Positions 59,398 through 64,000 of a stretch of DNA of 64,000 nucleotides are shown in pieces. How positions within the stretch are numbered: position 1 is the first letter of the stretch; each line of letters opens with the position of its first letter. A model generated the notes under the pieces. It was given only the letters and a program-made list of their open reading frames with translations. It made no database searches and was not told the origin of the DNA. Origin of the DNA: Reclinomonas americana ATCC 50394 (lineage: Eukaryota); the NCBI GenBank assembly GCA_048213135.1, contig PS015010.1, forward strand, positions 248,001-312,000, written 5' to 3'. The position numbers and the translations under genes were made by a program.

Positions 59398-59429
59398 TTT
59401 GTCGAAAGAATTCTATTTGATTAGATTTG
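59398..59429 (+). promoter_or_regulatory. Promoter of the response regulator
   Basis: TTTG (59398-59401), 20-nt spacer, TAGATTTG (59422-59429). Confidence 0.65.
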
Positions 59430-59459
59430 CAGGATTATTTAGGACCCTAATCGAAGATC

Positions 59460-60086
59460 ATGAAACGTTTTTTACTGGTAGACGACCACGTTGTGGTCCG
59501 ATCCGGTATTAAAGTACTGTTATCCGATATTTATAAACCGGCTGTCATTGATGAAGCCTACGATGGTGAAAGTGCCATAGAAAAACTGAAGGAACATCAA
59601 TACGATCTTATTATGTTGGATATACAGATGCCTAATACCGATACACTCGGGCTTATGAGGTATATCCACACCGAATACCCCCAGGCTCGTGTGCTGGTAT
59701 TCTCCATGAGTGCGGAGAATATTTATGCCAAGCGCTTTATCAAGGCCGGTGCTTATGGATTTGTGTCCAAGGAAGCCCCGCTTGACGATATTACCCGTGC
59801 TATCGATGTGATTCTCAACAACCGCAAGTTCATCAGCGATACCCTGGCCGATTCACTGGCCGAGGATTCCTTTATGGGGCGTTCTTCCAATCCCTTTAAT
59901 GAACTGTCGCCCCGCGAGTTCGAAATTGTTTCACTCCTCCTTTCCGGCAAGACCGTGAGCGAGATCGCTCATACCCTCAACATACAGACCTCCACCGTAG
60001 GAACACACAAGGCCCGCCTGTTTGAAAAACTCGGCGTGGGAAATATACTTGAACTCAAAGAGTTAGCTACTACATACAATCTTTAA
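59460..60086 (+). CDS. NarL/FixJ (UvrY/GacA-like) response regulator
   Basis: LVDDH, LDIQMP and GFVSK receiver residues; LSPREFEI...SEIAHTLNIQTSTVGTHKARLFEKL LuxR HTH. Confidence 0.95.
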   Translation: MKRFLLVDDHVVVRSGIKVLLSDIYKPAVIDEAYDGESAIEKLKEHQYDLIMLDIQMPNTDTLGLMRYIHTEYPQARVLVFSMSAENIYAKRFIKAGAYGFVSKEAPLDDITRAIDVILNNRKFISDTLADSLAEDSFMGRSSNPFNELSPREFEIVSLLLSGKTVSEIAHTLNIQTSTVGTHKARLFEKLGVGNILELKELATTYNL

Positions 60087-60155
60087 ATTACTAATTACGA
60101 ATTACTAATTGCCTGGCTTATTACATTCGTAATTAGTAATTCGTAATTGGTAATT
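60086..60155. repeat. Inverted array of AATTAC(T/G) 7-mers
   Basis: aattactaattacgaattactaatt (60086-60110) versus aattagtaattcgtaattggtaatt (60131-60155): 25-bp inverted repeat with 1 mismatch. Confidence 0.8.
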
Positions 60156-60291
60156 ATTCCTGTATTAGAATTTTTTCTATAGAACATCAGCTCCAACTAC
60201 TACGCCACGCCAGCTTTTTACTTTTGATTTTCGCACCCTGAAACGGAACACTGAAAAGTTCCATTAAAACCAACTCCATAAAATCCGCTCT

Positions 60292-61833
60292 ATGAAAAAA
60301 CTGCTCCAGGGTATTTTACTCATTTGTTTTGCTGTACAGTCACAGGCGCAGATTGGCATCGGTACCACTTCACCCAATTCCACGCTTGATGTACGAGGCT
60401 CCCTGTCTATGGGTTACCGTTCTTTTACAGCGAGTACCACCGCGGCTTCCACCGATCATAGTCTTGTTTACACCGGTACCACCGCCGCTGCGCTTACCCT
60501 GCCCGATGCCACAGCCTGTGCCGGCCGTACTTACATGGTTAAGAATTCATCGGCAACCACACCTGTGCCCCTGCTTACCATCAACACCACCTCTTCACAA
60601 ACCATCGACGGTGCTGCTACCTGGCTGCTCGACGAGAGCAAGGAAATGATCACGGTAGTAAGTAATGGTACCAACTGGAACGTGGTTGGTGCGGGACCTG
60701 CACGGGCCCGGACCAATTTTGTATTGGTACAATCGGTATCTGATCTGCCGGCGCCGTCGGCCGGGGTGATCACACTGGCAGCGAATACGGTATATGAAGT
60801 GAACGGTACTATCGTACTCACGAGCAAGATCAATCTCAATGGCTGCTACCTGGTAGGTACTGATGCCAATAATGATAAACTGGTGTATACGCCTGCATCC
60901 GGTGAAATGTTCACGGGTAACAAAGGCGGCACCATTAAAACCCTTACCCTGGTGGCCAATACCACCGGCGCCAAATTGTTTAACCTCGACCTGGCGGCAG
61001 GCGAGAATATACTGGTTCGTGATGCCATCATCGCTAACTGTAAAGATGTGGGCCTGATCAAGGGCGCTAACATCTGCTTCTTCAGTGTGATTAATTTTTC
61101 CGGTAATACAACTGGCATTGTCTTCCAGAATATCTCCAACCTCCTGCTGGATAACACCGCCTGGTTTCCCAATAACTCCGGCACATTTGAAAAGCTGGTA
61201 GGCACATTTGATGTGATCGAAAAACTGGGCGGGTTCAGTCAACCCATGCTGGCCTCATCTGCCGTAGGTTTTGACGTTAGCGGCATCACCAGTATTACCG
61301 AAGCCGGTAATCTCAAAAACACCGCCTTTATGGGTACGGGTACCAAAGTGAACGGTACATTTTCCTATAAATGGGAAGTGGAAGCATCCGGCATTCCTAC
61401 AGAAAAAGACGCGGTGGCAACGGGCTCCCTGTATGTGTCCGCTTCCGCGGCAACGTCCATAACCGCCATTAATTCACCTAAAAAAATTGCCGGTACAACA
61501 ACCACGACAGAACTCATGCGTTTCAGCTCACCTTCCAGCAACAGGCTGCAATACGATGGTACCAAAACCCGCAGTTTTACTGTGAACGCGGCTATGTCCG
61601 TAACCGGGGCGCTGGGTACTTATCTCTATTCTTTCTACATCTACAAGAACGGAGTACAGGTAAGTTCATCCAAGCAAAAGACAAAAGTGTATTCGCTTTC
61701 GGGTGATATACAGGTAGTGGCGATCGTTTGCACAGTAACCATGTCGCCCGGCGATTATGTAGAAGTGTGGACAGAGAATAATGAGTTCATCGCCAGTCTT
61801 ACAGCGCAGAACATGACGCTTACCGTTAAATAA
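60292..61833 (+). CDS. Secreted fibre-like protein, function unknown
   Basis: Signal peptide; QIGIGTTSPNSTLDVRG motif typical of Bacteroidota fibre-like proteins; Thr/Ser-rich beta regions; C-terminus YIYKNG...GDYVEVW reminiscent of C1q/TNF-like domains. Confidence 0.6.
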   Translation: MKKLLQGILLICFAVQSQAQIGIGTTSPNSTLDVRGSLSMGYRSFTASTTAASTDHSLVYTGTTAAALTLPDATACAGRTYMVKNSSATTPVPLLTINTTSSQTIDGAATWLLDESKEMITVVSNGTNWNVVGAGPARARTNFVLVQSVSDLPAPSAGVITLAANTVYEVNGTIVLTSKINLNGCYLVGTDANNDKLVYTPASGEMFTGNKGGTIKTLTLVANTTGAKLFNLDLAAGENILVRDAIIANCKDVGLIKGANICFFSVINFSGNTTGIVFQNISNLLLDNTAWFPNNSGTFEKLVGTFDVIEKLGGFSQPMLASSAVGFDVSGITSITEAGNLKNTAFMGTGTKVNGTFSYKWEVEASGIPTEKDAVATGSLYVSASAATSITAINSPKKIAGTTTTTELMRFSSPSSNRLQYDGTKTRSFTVNAAMSVTGALGTYLYSFYIYKNGVQVSSSKQKTKVYSLSGDIQVVAIVCTVTMSPGDYVEVWTENNEFIASLTAQNMTLTVK

Positions 61834-61857
61834 TTCCTCACCCTCAACCATAAGGTT

Positions 61858-63282
61858 ATGAGAAAACTATTACCTGTTATTGTGTTGTGTATCGCCTCAT
61901 CAGCGCTTACCGCACAAAGCACGCTCTATAATTCCGGCACTTTGTATATCGCCGGCAGTAACGATACGATGTACATCAGCGGAGGTCTCACCAATACCGG
62001 TACAGGCGCTTTTACGAACAACGGTATACTGCAGGTGAAACAAAACCTGGCCAATGACCAGGCCTCCATGACGGCAGGTACGGGCACACTTTACCTGAAT
62101 GGCAGCAGTACACAGACCGTAAGCGGTACACAAAGTTTTATAACGAATAACCTGGTAACGAGTAATGCAGCAGGTATTACACTTAACAATAACCTGCGGG
62201 TGAATGCGGCGCACAGTTTTGTGAATGGAATGATCACCACATCGGCCACGCCTAATTACATGATCTATTCGGCAGGTGCATCTTACACCGGGGCCACCGA
62301 CGCCCGGCATGTGAATGGCTGGGTGAAGAAATTCGGCAATACCGATTTTATATTTCCTGTTGGCAGTGCCAGCTACCTTCGGTCCGTTACACTGGGAACG
62401 ATAACCGCCAGCAGCGAGTTCAATGTAAAATACAATACATCGCCTACACCCAACCGCACCCAACTGTTTGCCCCGCTGGTGCTGGTAGATACATTTGAAT
62501 ACTGGACCATCAGCAAAGTGAGCGGCAGCGCGGCAAAAGTGACGATGAACTGGGATAAATCCAAAGTGAATTTTCCCTGGCTGAATATGAATTATATCCG
62601 TGCGGCTTATTACAACGGTACCAACTGGATCAATATAGGTGGCACAGCAACAGGCAGCATTTTTACCAGCGGCAGCATTACATCCAATTCCGTTACCGCC
62701 ATCAGCAATCATTTCGTGATCGGGAGTACGGCGCATGTGCTGGCCGTATCGCTTACCGGCTTTGGTGTAACACAATGGCCGGGCTATAACCGTGCGGGAT
62801 GGGAGGTAACACAGGAAACAGCTGTATCCCGTTATGAAGTACAGCGCAGCGATGATGGCATTCATTTCTATACTTTATCTGCGGTGCAACCCCGTAACAA
62901 CGGAGCAGACGGTCATTATAATTACGACGACAATAAACCCATGACAGGAACGACCTATTACAGGTTGCTGATCGCTGAACAGGGCGGGGGATCACGTTAT
63001 TCTGGAGTGGTGGTGATACAACCCGGTACTTCCGGACGGCTTTACCTGGTGCAGAATCCTGTTAAGGGCCATATCGATCTTTATGCGGGAGAAAGTTATA
63101 AAGGCACCTACACGTATGTGCTGGTCAGCAGTTCCGCACAGGTGGTACAACAGGGTACGCTGGTGATAAACCATGCAGGCCGGTACAATATTGCTTTACA
63201 GCATAAACTGGTTGCCGGTATTTATTCGCTGGTGTTGTGCAAAGAAGGCGAGCAATACCAGCTGAAGATGATGAAAGAATAA
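61858..63282 (+). CDS. Secreted protein with a T9SS type A C-terminal sorting domain
   Basis: Signal peptide; FIFPVG; LAVSLTGF...YEVQRSDDG...YYRL pre-CTD region; NPVKG...LVAGIYSL...K CTD. Confidence 0.8.
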   Translation: MRKLLPVIVLCIASSALTAQSTLYNSGTLYIAGSNDTMYISGGLTNTGTGAFTNNGILQVKQNLANDQASMTAGTGTLYLNGSSTQTVSGTQSFITNNLVTSNAAGITLNNNLRVNAAHSFVNGMITTSATPNYMIYSAGASYTGATDARHVNGWVKKFGNTDFIFPVGSASYLRSVTLGTITASSEFNVKYNTSPTPNRTQLFAPLVLVDTFEYWTISKVSGSAAKVTMNWDKSKVNFPWLNMNYIRAAYYNGTNWINIGGTATGSIFTSGSITSNSVTAISNHFVIGSTAHVLAVSLTGFGVTQWPGYNRAGWEVTQETAVSRYEVQRSDDGIHFYTLSAVQPRNNGADGHYNYDDNKPMTGTTYYRLLIAEQGGGSRYSGVVVIQPGTSGRLYLVQNPVKGHIDLYAGESYKGTYTYVLVSSSAQVVQQGTLVINHAGRYNIALQHKLVAGIYSLVLCKEGEQYQLKMMKE

Positions 63283-63412
63283 TTTTAGTTTCAATAATGC
63301 TTTCCGTATAGGAAGTTCATCCCCTACATCCATGAGAACTTTTGTGATTCTTGTATTTATTTTTGTGATCCTTGTATTAGGAAACCTGGCTTCGTGTATG
63401 CAACTGGGTTAG

Positions 63413-64000
63413 TTATAGCCCTGAAAAATAATCGTAACCTCTTTCATACCAGTAATCCGGCGGACGCTGGTCGCTGAAGAAAAGGGTACCGATGCGTTTG
63501 ATGTGCTTGATGCCGTATTTTACCGGTATGATCAGCCGCAGCGGGTAGCCCTGGTTCATTGGAAGGGGAGCATCATTCATTTCGTAGCAGAGAATGGTTT
63601 GCGGATGCAGCATGCTGCGGTTATCAATGCCAACATAGTATCCATTGTCGGGCGTACGCAGACCGGTATAGGCCATGCCTGTTTGCCATTGAAGACCATA
63701 ATGCTTCGCGAAATCACTGAAGCGCACGCCGCCCCAGTGCGTTACCTGGCTCCAGCCTTCAATACATTTAAAATCGAAAATGACCTCTGTCTTCGGGAGT
63801 GCTTTAATATCGGACAGGGTTAAACGAAGGGTGTCACCCGGTTTACGGATCACCTGCAGGCGCCAGGCGGCGGTATCAAAGTTGGCGCTCATGCCTGCAT
63901 TGCCATTCACCCTTACATTTTTTACCGCGGCAGACCGGGGAAATGTTTTGCTGAGGTTATTATTATCCACCAGTTTACTGAAAAGCCGTTCATTCATATC
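63413..64000 (-). CDS. Molybdopterin-dependent oxidoreductase (sulfite oxidase/MsrP-like), partial at window edge
   Basis: FKCIEGWS, WGGVRF, YEMNDAPL and GYPLRLIIPVKYGIKHIKRI motifs. Confidence 0.88.
   Translation of the reverse strand, partial: DMNERLFSKLVDNNNLSKTFPRSAAVKNVRVNGNAGMSANFDTAAWRLQVIRKPGDTLRLTLSDIKALPKTEVIFDFKCIEGWSQVTHWGGVRFSDFAKHYGLQWQTGMAYTGLRTPDNGYYVGIDNRSMLHPQTILCYEMNDAPLPMNQGYPLRLIIPVKYGIKHIKRIGTLFFSDQRPPDYWYERGYDYFSGL

Overview
Bacteroidota DNA, most likely Chitinophagaceae-like. The basis is the SusC/SusD pairs, T9SS sorting domains, TAnnTTTG promoters and a eukaryote-type citrate synthase; no search was run. The window opens with the end of the spc ribosomal operon (rpmD, rplO, secY), map, housekeeping genes and tRNA-Ala(GGC). 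The tRNA is followed by a partial copy of itself whose anticodon loop is replaced by a palindrome, then a small GIY-YIG nuclease gene. Next come two adjacent polysaccharide utilisation loci. The first is a beta-glucan (laminarin-type) PUL: SusC/D, GH5-CBM6, GH3, GH30, GH16 and a Y_Y_Y/LuxR regulator with paired TACATCA repeats. The second is a glucuronoxylan PUL: GH43, an esterase-GH10 fusion, GH115, SDR, GH67, LacI with two operators, GH3, SusC/D, CBM-interrupted GH10, xylB, xylA, an SSS symporter, uxuA and galM. The window ends with nhaA, a candidate sRNA, a PAS histidine kinase/NarL-type response regulator pair, two secreted proteins and a partial molybdopterin oxidoreductase. Two single-base homopolymer frameshifts hit the first gene of a PUL operon (beta-glucan SusC; signal peptide of the xylan GH3). 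Several families of short intergenic repeats are present. Protein family calls come from motif recognition only.
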